Assembly (NCBI GenBank): GCA_964016885.1
Contig: OZ024742.1
Location: 312,046,001-312,110,000, forward strand
Length of the DNA: 64,000 nt
Direction of reading: 5' to 3'
DNA from: Eledone cirrhosa
Taxonomy: Eukaryota
In this document: positions 35,969 through 49,650 of the stretch, piece after piece
How positions within the stretch are numbered: the stretch's first letter is position 1
How the letters are laid out: every line of letters begins with the position of its first letter
The notes under the pieces: generated by a model
Database searches by the model: none
Seen by the model: the letters and a program-made list of their open reading frames with translations, nothing else
What the model was told of the DNA's origin: nothing
Translations under genes and position numbers: made by a program

Positions 35969-36715
35969 TTAATTTACTATCTTGTGGTATAGACCACCAT
36001 TGTAGTTGTTTCTTATATAGGCTATAACACTGAAACATTCAGACAACATATTTAGCAATTCGGGATGTTCATGCATTTTCAAGAGAGTTCACAGCTCAAG
36101 TGAAATGAAATAGTTAATAACTTAATCTTAAACTTAATCAAAATAAAGAACGTAAATTTCTCATATGAAATGAGTAGTGAACGATATTTTCTTCAAAAGC
36201 TACAAATTAATAAAGTAAAATTAATGATCTCTACAAATCATAAAATAATATCGTCTTTGAAACATAATTTTCAATGTGTGTAAAAATATAGTTGGTCAAA
36301 TGAGGGGAGTTTGAACAAAGGTTAATGAAAGCAGCAAAATGATATAAGTAGCTATCTGAATTGGAATTGCATCCCAGGAACACACAGGATTAGTTAATAG
36401 GACTAAATAAAGGGTTCCTGTTGAAAAAAATAATCCCTAGCTAACTGAAATAAGATTCAAATAATCTGATAAGAGAGAGTGGTGTGTAGTAATGAAAAGG
36501 GGGATTAGAAATAGGCAGATAAATAAATGAACAAAGTATGAAGCCAATATCAATTATAAAGAGAAGACAGTGTGTGTAAAGGATGAAAAAGCCACCAGCT
36601 GAAGCAACAGTATGTGTATATTGAAGTACACAGTATATATATATATATATATGTCATCAGCACCAGATGTACTAAGTATCTCATACTATACTATACCATA
36701 TATATACCTACACGG

Positions 36716-37318
<603 letters not shown>

Positions 37319-37740
37319 CTCTCTATAGTGCCGTATGTACTCTTAAATACAGCTAAAAAAAGTTTGTATGGTCTCTACTACAATGTATGCAGTCAGTAAC
37401 AAGCAATATTTCCCATGATCTAGAGATTTACGTAAAAAACCCAGATCCACTGTAAAGCATATAACATACTGTGTAATGTTGTAGTGTCCTCCAAATCAAC
37501 CAGCTACAAAGATTTATGTAACCAAGAGTATAGTTAATAGAATAGCAGCTACACACATGTTAAATGTATTATCTTGCTCATGACTAAACCACAGCAACAA
37601 CATCATTATTATTTTCATGTCCACTTTTCCATGCTGCCATTGGTTGGACAGGATGTTTAGAGACAATGTTTTAAAACTAGATGCCCTTCCTGGCACCAAC
37701 CTGTTTAGTCATCTATTATGACATGTCTATTCTAAAAAAT

Positions 37741-38434
37741 TGAAGGACATAGCCTACTGCTTAGCCCTGAATGTGAATCTACTAAAATAAACCACCAGTA
37801 ATGCACTGGGGTAATTGCTGGCCTTGTGTCAAAAGTAGAAACAGTTATGACAGGCAGGGATATGACATGTCTATTCTAAAAATTGGGATTAAAAAAAAAA
37901 GGGTTAAAGTCTGACCGAAGCCCAAAAGTGCTTATCCCAGTTTTTTGGGTGTTTAGTGTTTGAGAGAACTAGACAGAACCCCAGTATATCACAAGAGTAA
38001 GCCCCAGCTGTTGCTGCTGGTACTCATTTTCATCTGGGTGGACTGAAACAATGAGAAATGAAGTGCCTTGTTGAAGGACATAGCCTACTGCTTAGCCATG
38101 GATGTAAATCTACTAAAATAAAGCACCAGTAATACACTGGAGTAATTGCTGGCATTGTGCCAAAAGTAGAAACAGTTATGACAGGCAGGGATATGACATG
38201 TATATTCTAAAAATTTGGATTAAAAAAAAAAGGTTAAAGTCTGAGCGAAGCCCAAAGGTGCTTATCCCAGTTTTATTTGTGTTTAGTAATTGAGAGAACT
38301 AGACAGAACCCCAGTACATCGCAAAAGTAAGCCCCAGCTGGTACTCATTTTCAGCTTGGTGGGCTGAAGCAATGAGAAATGAAGTGCCTTGTTGAAGGAT
38401 ATAGCCTACTGCTTAGTCATGGATGAAAATCTAC
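37741..38434. repeat. Tandem duplication of an about 330-bp block built from SINE fragments
   Basis: TGAAGGA(C/T)ATAGCCTACTGCTTAG at 37741, 38072 and 38393 with collinear sequence between. Confidence 0.88.
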
Positions 38435-38546
38435 ATTATGAATGTGACCTCTTCAATGGACTTCAACAAATGTAGAAAGACTGGTTCCAAAGCCACACAT
38501 GAACCAATCTCCAATGGAGACATGGTGTAGGCTGTGATAGCTTAAC

Positions 38547-38881
38547 CCTTAACATCCTGAATTAACAAGTTTGTTAATTCAAATGTTTACAGTATCTTTA
38601 CTACTGGGCAGGTTGTTAAGAAAATCTGCAGTATTAGAGTAAATATTTTGTTTTTAATGAGATGCTGTCACAGTGCTGTTTTGTACTTTCCAAGAAAAAT
38701 GCCTTATTAATGTGGTTTCATGTGGAACAGGACGTTAAGAGTTTATGTGGCTTCATGTGGTACAGGACGTTAAGAGTTAATGTGGCTTCATGTGGTACAG
38801 GACGTTAAGAGCTAATGTGGCTTCATGTGGTACAGGACGTTAAGAGCTAATGTGGTTTCATGTGGTACAGGACGTTAAGAG
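38547..38881. mobile_element. TTAA-flanked MITE family 3 whose right end is repeated five times as a 34-bp unit
   Basis: TTAA-CCCTTAACATCCTG...CAGGACGTTAAGAG-TTAA; unit ATGTGG(C/T)TTCATGTGGTACAGGACGTTAAGAG(T/C)TA; relatives at about 31640-31810 and 63735-64000. Confidence 0.7.
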
Positions 38882-40176
38882 TTAAATAATCTAAAAGAAC
38901 TGAAGGATATAAAGCTAAATGGACGGATCAATGGTAAGCTGAGAACAACAGAAGAAAAACTACACAAACAGATATTTAACTTTGGTTGATGGTGGGGAAG
39001 GAGTTCAGGCTGAGGGGGAAGTATTCAGGTGGGGGTAGGAAATACTCTGATAGGGGTGGAAGGTAGTTGAGAAGGTGTTTTTTTTTTGTACTAAATGCAA
39101 ATAGAACATTTGCATTAAATGGAGGTGTAGATGCTTGATAATGTGACTGTCTGATAGATCTGTTGTTGTTGTTGTTTTGTGTGTGTATGTATATGCATGG
39201 GTGTACATGACTGGATGTGTGTGTGTATACATGACTATGTATAGTAGAGAGCGTATGACTGAGCTTATGTGGATGGCTGGTTGGACATGACTGTGTGTGT
39301 ATGTACATGAATGTGTATATGTGAGTATGTGTATGTGTGTACATGACTTTATGTGAGCATGTGTGTGTGTGTGTACATGACTGCGTGTAAGTGTGTGTGT
39401 ATATACATGTGTGGGTGGATGGGTGTATATGATTGTGTATGCATGTGAGTTGGTGTACATGACCATGTCTATATGCGTGTGAGTAGGTGTACATGATTAT
39501 ACATGTGTGTGCGAGTAGGTGTAGATGATTATGTGTATGTGTATGCATGGAAGTTGAGATGAAACAAAAAAGGCTGTTTCAGAAAATGAGCAAATATACA
39601 CCATGTTATGTCAACATATGAAGGCAGGGGAGAGGAAGGGAGAAAAGAAAAGGCTTAGATAAGAACATACACACATGTGAGTATGTCTGTATGTGTGAGA
39701 GAAAGAGAAAGTATGTGTGAGTACATGCAGGGTGTGCTACTAAATAATACATAACTGCACTACTTCAATATGAAGCTACACATGGAAGTAGTTAAGAGCT
39801 ACACCCATTGTCTCTCTCTCTCTTTCACTTTCTCTCTCAAGGGAGGGTATGTATATTGGGTGTTATCTTACCCTGCCGCCTCCCATCCCCAACAAAGGAC
39901 CCTTAAAGAATTCATACTAAATTCTATCTAATATTATAGCAGATAGAAGAGGAAAAGTTCCCCTGGATAGGTCACAAGTCTTTTGCAAGTTAACATTCTC
40001 TGGTGGTCTGGTAATTATTGCCAAATTCAAGTAAACTGACACGTGGAAAATAAAATGTTCTTTCCATATCATAAGCAGATTTGAACTTACCAACTACACA
40101 TTTGCAGTCCAATACTTTATCTATTCAGTCAACTGAACTCTATTTCACACACACGTACCTGTGTGTGTGTGTGTAT

Positions 40177-40526
40177 ATGGAGGCACATGGCTTAGTAGTT
40201 AGAGCATTGGCCTTGCAATCGAAAGGTTGTGAGTTCAATTCTCAGACCGGGCGATGTGTTGTTTCCTTGAGCAAGACACTTTATTTCACATTGCTCCAGT
40301 TTACTAAGCTGTAGAAATGAGATAATAGGGACTGGGGTCCCTATCATTCCACTGTAAGGTGGACGTGTAGGTGTCACGGCAAAAAAGCACCCAGCACTCA
40401 CTGTAAATGAGGTAGGTGTTAGGAAGGGCATCCAGCTGTAGAAATCAAGCCAGAATCAGTTCCCGTCCCACCCTTGCAAGCAGGGAAAAAGCGGACGTAA
40501 AATGAAATGACGATGATGATGATGAT
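40177..40526 (+). mobile_element. Complete tRNA-derived SINE family C with RTE-type tail
   Basis: A box TGGCTTAGTAG, B box GAGTTCAATTC, core CCTTGAGCAAGACACTTTA, tail CTTGCAAGCAGGGAAAAAGCGGACGTAAAA(TGA)n; near-identical copy 60351-60683. Confidence 0.9.
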
Positions 40527-40532
40527 ATATAT

Positions 40533-40648
40533 ATCATCATCATCATCATTTTATGTCCGCTTTTCCCTGCTTGCAAGGTTGGGATGGGTCCTATTCAGCA
40601 CACCATCTCTCCACTTGTCACGGTCCTTCGTCATCTCCTCCATGAGCT
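40533..40648 (-). mobile_element. Extreme 3' end of an RTE-type LINE
   Basis: Minus strand encodes LMEEMTKDRDKWRDGVLNRTHPNLASREKRT* then (TGA)n. Confidence 0.75.
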
Positions 40649-40849
40649 TCATTATATATATATATATATAATGATATGGACGAGGTGTCAAATTTTTATT
40701 ACATTAATATTATTATTATTATTACATTCTGCTTAGTACAACTCCAAAGTACAGACTAGAGACTACGTGCTCACTTTGGTGAATCTACAGTAACTTGACA
40801 TTACAATCTCTAAACTATATATGTATATATATATATAAAGTGAAATGAT

Positions 40850-40901
<52 letters not shown>

Positions 40902-41254
40902 CATAGGTTGAACAAGTTGGTTGCCATATGATCAACAACACATATGTACCTGGTATGGCGTTGTAGTAGCGACCGAAATATAAATATATATATATATATG
41001 GAGGAAGACTATCTTGGCAGTAACATCATTAATTTGGCTGGCTCAGTATCATTAATTCTTTGTTTTTTGTTCTTATTTTGCTGTTTCAGTAAGGATTACT
41101 AAACTAGATCTATTATGTTCATGCTATCTGATGACATTGCCAATTGAATTGTGTCATAGCCTTATGATGTGATCAATTAGCCACAGAAATATGTATTATG
41201 CCACAATAAAACAAGTTACTGGAATGAGGCCATCACCTATTTTTCATTGAAGTA

Positions 41255-41383
41255 TCATCATCATCATCATCATCAGCGTTTAACGTCCGTGTTCCACGCT
41301 TGCATGGGTTTGGACGGGGGTAGTCCCACTTGAGGCAAGAGTGATTGTCTTGCTCGCATAGGACTGTCTGGCAGGTTTTCTAC

Positions 41384-41417
<34 letters not shown>

Positions 41418-41425
41418 CTTACTAC

Positions 41426-41459
<34 letters not shown>

Positions 41460-41802
41460 CTTACATCGACCAACTATGTAGAGACACTGGATGCTCCCCT
41501 AATGACCTCCCAACACGTATGCTTGATTGTGATGGATGGTGTGGTAGGCTCATGAATGTCCACGCAAGCTCGACCAGATGGTGATTATATACATTTATAT
41601 ATATATATATAAATATATATAACATGGTAAAAACCTCCCAGTCCACACTGTAAACGTGGTTGGTGTTAGGAAGGGCATCCAGCCGTAGCAAACCTGCCAG
41701 ACAGTCCTATACGAGCAAGACAACCAATCTTGCCTCAAGTGGGAAAATTCCCGTCCAAACCCATGCAAGCGTGGAAGATGGACGTTAAACGATGATGATG
41801 AT
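41255..41802. mobile_element. Two outward-pointing 3' UTR ends of the 49651-type RTE around a different LINE 3' fragment
   Basis: 41255-41382 (minus) and 41622-41802 (plus) match 49651-49840; 41462-41584 encodes YIDQLCRDTG...MLDCDGW. Confidence 0.75.
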
Positions 41803-41897
41803 ATATAAACATATATATGACCAAATGTTAATAGTTTTACAATAGATTCAAAGCACTCAATATATATATATATGTGTATATATATAAACATATGTGT

Positions 41898-42240
41898 GTT
41901 GATGCAGCATAACTGAGTGATTAAAACTTCTCTTACCAATCACTAGACCCTGGATTTGATCCCTTTGTATGGCATTTTAGTTAAGTGTCAACCCAAGCCC
42001 TGCAGGTGAAATTGGGTAGGCAGAAACTATGTGGAAACCCATTGGATAGATTTTTACCTCTAATTCAAAGGTCCAGCCTTGTCACACACAGTGTCATGCT
42101 AATTCTGCCTGAGGATTACATTAATGGTGCACATGACTGTGGAATATTCAGCCACTTACACTGTAATTCAATGAACAAATAATAGACTAGTCGATTGAAC
42201 AACTGAATACTCATCGTAGAAACTGATAGAGATCCATTTA
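41898..42240 (+). mobile_element. Old SINE family D; related minus-strand pieces at about 61095-61410 and 48490-48655
   Basis: Decayed tRNA-like head and shared CCAGCCTTGTCACA...CTGAGGATTACATTAA.G body. Confidence 0.6.
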
Positions 42241-43420
42241 CTTCATTACTCTGTGTGTCTATACATGAGTGAGTGTGTGCATATGTGTGTGTATATCTAT
42301 ATGTTTGTGTGCATAAATGTGAGTGTACATATATCTATGTGTGTCTATATGTTGATGTGTGTGTTGGTATAAGAGCGTATGTATTTATGTATATCTCTAT
42401 GTTTGAGTGTCCATATAGATCCATATGTTTGTGCGAGTGAACATATATCTCTGTTTGTGTGTGCATGCATGTGTGTGTGCGTGTGAATGTATACCTGCAT
42501 GCATAAATTTATATTTGCATGTATGTATATTTATGTATATGTGTGAGTTATGTGACTATTGAGTAAGAGGTGTATCATAGCAACCTGTATATAGAAAACT
42601 ACAAGACTGTTCACAATGGAGGTCATGAAATGTTATTTACCAACAACATAGTAACTATTTTTACCTACACAAACCACTCTCTACAGTTCCACCCGTTTTG
42701 GCGAGCCAGTCAGCCATCTTCCCCACCTCTGCTAACAATTTATAGAATATCTAGAAGTGTCTGACTTAATGGAGTCTTTTATCCAAGGTAAACATACATT
42801 CCAAATCTTCAATTGGGTGTCTGTCTATATCTGTTGGTGTGTGTCTGTATGTGCATGCACATGTATGTATCTATGTGTGTATATGTGTGTGTGCATACGT
42901 ATGCATACATGAGTGTAAGAATATGTTTATAATAAATATCTTATATGCATTACATACACACATGTGAAAACCTAATGGTTGCTCTGAATTCAACCTATGC
43001 CAATAGTGTAATAATAACCATTTTTGGCCTCTACACTCTTCTCACTCCCTCTTTTTTCAGTCACCACCACCTCCACTACCATCATTATTATCAGACAGGC
43101 TAAGTAAGACATAACATACTGGGTGTGGTACATTAAGTTTGCTATAGAACAAGTAGGTATTAAATAAAGTAAACTGTGTTTAAAGAGAGAGTTAGAGGAG
43201 GGAGGGAGCACACGTATCTAAAAAATCAGGCATTATATCTAAGTAAAAGTTTCTCTATACATATAGAAGAAACCAGGGCCAATATTACAGTATTATAGAC
43301 CTCTTAAGTAAAGAAATTCATCAGGACCCCTACATATACAACCACAGTGTATATAGATTAGTATTGAGTCACTAGATCAGGTGGGCCCCTGGGCAACTGC
43401 CTTCTGTGTTTATGCCTTAA

Positions 43421-43626
43421 CCCTATAGCATTTAAACCGGTCATATCCGACCAGAATTCTCTCACCTATTTCTGTTCAAATCGACTGTAACCAGCCACTC
43501 ATACTGATGTTAAGGCATTGTTCTCAAAATAAATAATATCTAAATCTCAGATTTGATATTATGTGAGGTAAAGCCTTTACTGTGAAAATATAATAGTAAA
43601 TATAGAGTAAAGTAAGTGCTAAAGGG
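43421..43626. mobile_element. piggyBac-like MITE family 1
   Basis: TTAA TSD; TIR CCCTATAGCATTTA / TAAGTGCTAAAGGG. Confidence 0.85.
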
Positions 43627-43944
43627 TTAAGACAGCACTAGCAGAAATAATTCAGGAAAGAAAAGTGGAAAAGGAAGCATATTTCTTGGTGCTATTTCTG
43701 GAACTGAACTAGCACAATATATACTCCTCAATTTTACCTTGTTACTTAAAGTTAAATTAAAGCTGGATCAAAGCTCAGAGGCTCATTATAAATTATTAGA
43801 ACTAAAGTCTTTTGTCCATACAAAAAGTGCAGTAGTGTACTGCACTTCTGCATCAAAAGACTGATACATCACATGATTAAATCATGAAATAACTGTATTA
43901 GAGGAAGGTGTAATAAATTGACTATTAAGATGCTGGATATTTAA

Positions 43945-44155
43945 CCCTTTAGCATTTAAACCGGCTGTATCGGACCAGAATTTTTCGCCCTTTTTGAAAC
44001 TGGCTGTAATCAGTAGCTCACAGGGACTTAAGATATCGTTCTTAAAATAAACAATAACATCATCAAAATCAAGATTATGTGTGATAAGTATGTGAGGTAA
44101 AGCCTTTACTGTGAATGTACAATAGTAAATATAGAGTAATGTAAATGCTAAAGGG
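43945..44155. mobile_element. piggyBac-like MITE family 1
   Basis: TTAA TSD; perfect 14-bp TIR CCCTTTAGCATTTA. Confidence 0.9.
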
Positions 44156-45177
44156 TTAACCCACAAAGTAGTTCAACGATTGACATATATCAAGAAGTTA
44201 ATGTCACATTACATCTACTTTCCTCACTCGAATTTGGCATTAAAAATAAATATCATTGACTGGCTCTCAAGAAGTGTATCCAAGTGTCAAGAGGATTTCT
44301 TTTTTCTTTTTGTTTCTTTTCACTATCCAGGTAACAATTCATGTAAAAGATCTTGATATGCAGATGTCTCTAATTCAATCCATGTTAACTTTGGACAATT
44401 TCTGTGTGTATCTGGTTTAGAATAGATATATCACATCTTTGCATGTTGTATGAGGTGACTAAATGGGTTGATATAAGGAAGAACATTTGGTCATAAAAAT
44501 CTTGCTCTTAAAAGGACCCCATGATGAATATGAAGATTATCAGAGAGCCTGCAAAGCTAACTGCTGTTTTAGCAGGGAAAATGGCTTGGAAATGATTATT
44601 TTTGGTGTTGCTATTAACATTAGACAATAGGGGGGGGGGGTGTTAAAGAGCTTAAAAGAGATAAATTGAAGTCATTCTTAACAGTTTGACATTTTTTTAG
44701 AGGGATAGGAAGGTAACGGGGTGCTAGCTGTATGGACTGTCTTGATTCTTTCCAATTCCATCACTGACAAAAACAAAATGTAACAATAAACTAAACTGTT
44801 AGATCTTATTACACAGGTGATAGATATCAAATTCATGCATCATTTATACTGAAGTCCTGAGGAAGGTCAAGTTGTTAAGCCTTTTGCAAGATATGTATTC
44901 CAAATGCCAGAGGAATGAATAGCTAGAACTAAAATGATTATATGTACCACCAGATAGAAGGAAAAGGAGAAAACCAAAGAAGACATGGCTTGATACTTTC
45001 AAAGAAGACTTAAAACAACTTAATGTCACATGAGAAGAGGCAGGTGACCGAGAACAGGAATGAGATGATTGGCAACTTCTTGCTGCCCACTGTATAGGAT
45101 AAATATAGAGGAGAAACTAGGTACTTAGAAAGATACATTTAATGATGGGTCAATCAAATACAGTGAAAGTTTAACAA

Positions 45178-45440
45178 AATAATAATAATGGTTTCTGATT
45201 TAGGCACAAGGCCAACAATTTGGAGGAGGGGAAAGTCGATTAAATCAACCCTAGTGTGTTACTGGTACTTTATTTTATCAACCCCATAAGGCAAAGCTAA
45301 CCGCCAAGGTTAGTTTTACCTTTCATCCTTATGGGGTTGATAAAATAAAGCACTAGTAATGCATTGGGATCGATTTAATCAACTTTCCCCTCCTCCAAAT
45401 TGTTGGCCTTGTGCCTAAATCAGAAACCATTATTATTATT
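45178..45440. mobile_element. Head-to-head palindromic dimer of SINE family A 3' halves
   Basis: 45178-45300 is the near reverse complement of 45308-45440. Confidence 0.88.
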
Positions 45441-46371
45441 GGTAGTAGTAAGTAGTAGTAGTAGTAATGTTGTCATTAGGCTACAACAAGTAATGATATG
45501 CAGTGGTATGAAGAAAGATAGTAGTAGTAGTGTTGGTGGTGGTAGAAGTAGTGCTGGTAGTGTAATCCCTAATTATGGTATTTCAAGCAAATACAGCAAC
45601 ATTCTAGAACTGACTAAGCATATTGCAAAGAAGGAAGAGATGTAATGTAGTAAGTTTAAAAAAGAAAGAAAAAACAATGAAAAATAAAATGCATGGTAAA
45701 GGCATGTGTGTGTGAGAGAGAGAGACTTAATTTAAGTGGATTGAGAGAGAGAGAGAGACAGTGTGTGTATGTGTGAGAGAGAGAGAGAGAGACTTACTTT
45801 AACTGGAGAGAGAGTATGTATGTGTGTGTGAGAGAGAGAGAATGAGAGCTAAAACTTGTTTTATTAATTATTAAAGAAGGGTATAAGAGGAGATATATAC
45901 TAAAGACAGGAAAATAGAGGAGAAATAAACAAAAATAATGGGTCAAAAGCAGCTTCCAAAATGTATGAGTGTGTGTGTGAGTGTGTATGTGTGAAAGTGT
46001 GTGTATGTATGAAAGCATGTATGTGTGTGAACGTGTATGTGTGAAGAAGATGATATCCAGTAATGTAATCTAATTTATCACACATATAAGTGGTGAGCCA
46101 ATACTTGCAGAAGAAGAACTGGTGGAGATAGTGACCAGCAAAGCAGCTTGACCTGAAATAATAATAACATTTATATATTAGATAGGATCAACAGTTTACA
46201 AACTCAGGTACAGAAGAAATACTTTAACAATTATAACAGGTTGTTACACCTAACACAGGTGATGATGAAGGATTGCAACCAATGGAGCGAAGCTGTGCTA
46301 GAAAAACCTTCATCTAACCCATGTAAGCATAGAAATGAGGATGTAAAAATTATGATTATGATATATATATA

Positions 46372-46990
46372 AATAGGAAAAGAGTCAAGACCCTGATGGC
46401 TGAGCTCTGGCCGTTTCGACAGCTAGATCTGATCGGATTTAGCTGTCAAAACGGCTGGGGCTCAGCCATCGGGGTCCTGACTATTTTCCTATTACCCACT
46501 CTATTACCCTAAGTATTGAGTACTCTGGTGTGTTATGGTCCACCTGGTTTCTTACCACACTTCCTTTGTTCTTTGTTATATATATCATCATCTTCATTTA
46601 ATGTCCATCTTCCACGCTAGCATGGGTTAGATGAAATATATATATGAGTTTTGGGTTCAATCGGGGGTAGCTACAGTAAGTAAGGTACTCAATACATTAG
46701 TAGAGTGTATACAACAAATATAGAAATGGCTTCTACAGGAAATCATCAGGAAAGCCCTGGGCTTTCCTGATGACATCCTTCGAATGAAACAGTTCTAGTC
46801 ATGTCTATATATATATATATACATAGTAATAATAAGTATGGACGAGGTATCAAATTATCATGAAGTTTATTCAGGTGTGACGTGCGTTTTGTGATTGATC
46901 AGCTCAAGGTTCGATCTGTATCGATCGAGCCTGACTCTGGAATCAATAGCTCATCAGACTTCTGTTTGCCAGACTTTTGACAGAAACCTC
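46372..46990. mobile_element. Cluster of PLE-type fragments with degenerate hammerheads
   Basis: 46372-46582 is homologous to 4899-5095; palindrome TCATCAGGAAAGCCC-t-GGGCTTTCCTGATGA at about 46743-46773; minus strand about 46958-46862 reads CTGATGA...aAAA-CGCACG-TC. Confidence 0.55.
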
Positions 46991-47472
46991 TCAAAAGCGA
47001 TGACACAGGACCGAGACCTCTGGCATTACGCAGTAATACAGAAGACCTGATTTTCCACAGGTACAAGCTGAAGCATATAGACAGTATACCCTACACTCCT
47101 CCAACTGTAAAGTGGTCTTGTAGATGTCATGACAAAAATCACCCAGTCCACACTGTAAAGTGATTGTGTATGCGCCACAGTAAAAAAGCACCCAGCACTC
47201 ACTGTAAATGATGTTGGTGTTAGGAAGGGCATCCAGCTGTAGAAATCAAGCCAAAATCAGTTCTGTATAAGCAAGACATGGTCACCTGACCTGGCATTGC
47301 CCACATGACAGCCCGTTTAACCCATTCAAGCGTGAAAGAATGGACGTAACATGGTGATGATGATGATATATAGATAGATAGAGAGATATTTAAATAGAAA
47401 TAGAAGCTTCACTGTAACATCTTTGATTAAATAATATAAACCCATGCTAGCATGGAAGATAGACGTTAAACA

Positions 47473-47504
<32 letters not shown>

Positions 47505-49650
47505 AGTTTGATAACGGGGTGTATAAATCCATTAAACTGAAAAAGATGGGTATCAGCATATATATATATATATAAAACATGTGAACAAGACATTATTCTC
47601 CTACCAGTCTAGTCTCAGGCCATGATGACCTGCCCGACATATGCCAGCAAGGAAAATGGATGTAAAGTGATGATTATATATATATATATATATATGAAAA
47701 AAAGAGAAGAATGACTTCACTGATGGCTGGTATTCTTAATAGTTCAAATATTTACAGTAAGCCGTTACTCATATTAGTTCTGGCATGTCCTTGTTAACTT
47801 CTTGAGGAAATTTCTAGCATTTGGCAGCAATTGTTAAATATAAATCAAAAAGGTCATAAATATACCAAAGGTAGGAACAGAATCCACTTACTCCGACAAC
47901 AGAAAATAAGAATGGAATAATGACCTTATCTTTGCCACCAAGACATCAATTAAATGATGCTAAACACTGACATGCATGAAGGAATAAAAACAAAGGACAA
48001 GACACAAACTCGATTTGATTGAGTAGAAAAAAAAGACAACAGATATATGTGTGTGTGAATGTACCTATGTTACAGGATATAAACAAACAGTGAACATGAA
48101 CAGAGACATAGACACACATGTTTGTATGTATGGTCCCGTAACTCCTGATAAAGTCATAGGGTGCTGTATTGACATAAGGCGTTTCTTGGGCATTTTAAGC
48201 CTAGCAGAGCCCATCCCTCTCCAGGCCTGAGTACAGCAGATTTCTTCCAGAGAAAGATAGCAAGTGAGAGAGAGGAAATGAGAAAGTGCGAGAGAGGAAG
48301 AATTGACCCCAGTACTAGACTGGAACATTTTTTTTATCGACCTTGAAAGGATGAAAGGCAAAGTTGACTTTGGCGGGATTTGAACTGAGAGAGCAGAGAG
48401 CCAGAACAAATACCATAAAGGATTCTATTCAACATTCTAACGCTACCATTTCACTGCCTATTATAGACACACATCCATGCATATAAAAATAGTCTTCTGC
48501 ACAGTCTGCCCACCAAATTTCACTTATGAGGCATTGATCAACCTGAGGCTATAGAGGAAGACAATCACACACTGTCCCATGTAGTGAGAGTGAACCTAGC
48601 CAAAAGCACGTGTTTGTGAAGCTAATTCCTTAACCACATTGCCATGCTTATGCCTATATATATAGTTGTGTCAAGGACAGTAAAGTGGATGGTGTTAGAA
48701 AAGACATTGAAAGCTAGCCAATCACGGGGTTGGGAGAATCCTTTAGTTTGCGTCAAAAGACAACTAGTCCATTCTTCACTTGATAGAATGTATGACTGTA
48801 CATAAGCAGGATGCAGTCCCCCTCAACCTGTCTCCCCTTTCCGTGCCACCAATGTTGTCCAAGGGAAAGGCGAAGGCTGATATAGCTTGGCACTAGGGAC
48901 ATTTCAACTCATGTCTACAATTGAGTGAACTGGAGCAACGTGAACTAAAGTGCCTTGCTCAAGAACACAATGCAAAGCCCGATCCGAGAATCGAACTCAC
49001 ATCCTCACGAGTGTAAGCCCAACTCTCTACCACTAAGCCATGTATGTATGTGTGATGTGTATGTTTATATGTATGGACCTGTAACTCCTCATAGAAATAT
49101 AAAAGCAATGTCATAACATATTCGGCCATCTTCCAGAGAGAGTGAGAGAGGAAGTGAGAAAAAGATATAGAGGAAGAATTGACCTCAGTATTGGACTGGT
49201 ATTTTATTAATTGACCTCGAAAAGGTGAAAGGTAAAGATGATCTTGGTGGGATTTGAACAAAGCACAGAGCCAGAATAACATTCATAAAGCATTCTATCT
49301 GACATTCTTATGACTGCCAATTTACACATTTCTAGTATTAGTACAGAACAATAAATTCATAAGCAATGGGGTATAGGCTATTGAATTGATCACAGAAAAC
49401 ACCATGTAGTTAAATTGACCCTATTAGGACTCAAACTCAATATATAGACATCATCATCATTGTTTTTCATCTATTTTCTATGCCAGTATGAGATGAGTCA
49501 TATCCAAGACTAGCTGGGTCAGAAAACCACATCTTGCTCATACATTCCGTATTTTGGCATTGTTTCAACAGCTGGAAGTCCTTCTTAATGCCAACCACTT
49601 TACAGAATGTAGTGGGTGCATTATACCTACATATATACATATATATATAT

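Noticed and set aside
40177-40255. Genuine tRNA gene (also 60351-60425)
   Set aside because: The head runs straight into a SINE core and tail; no convincing acceptor stem.
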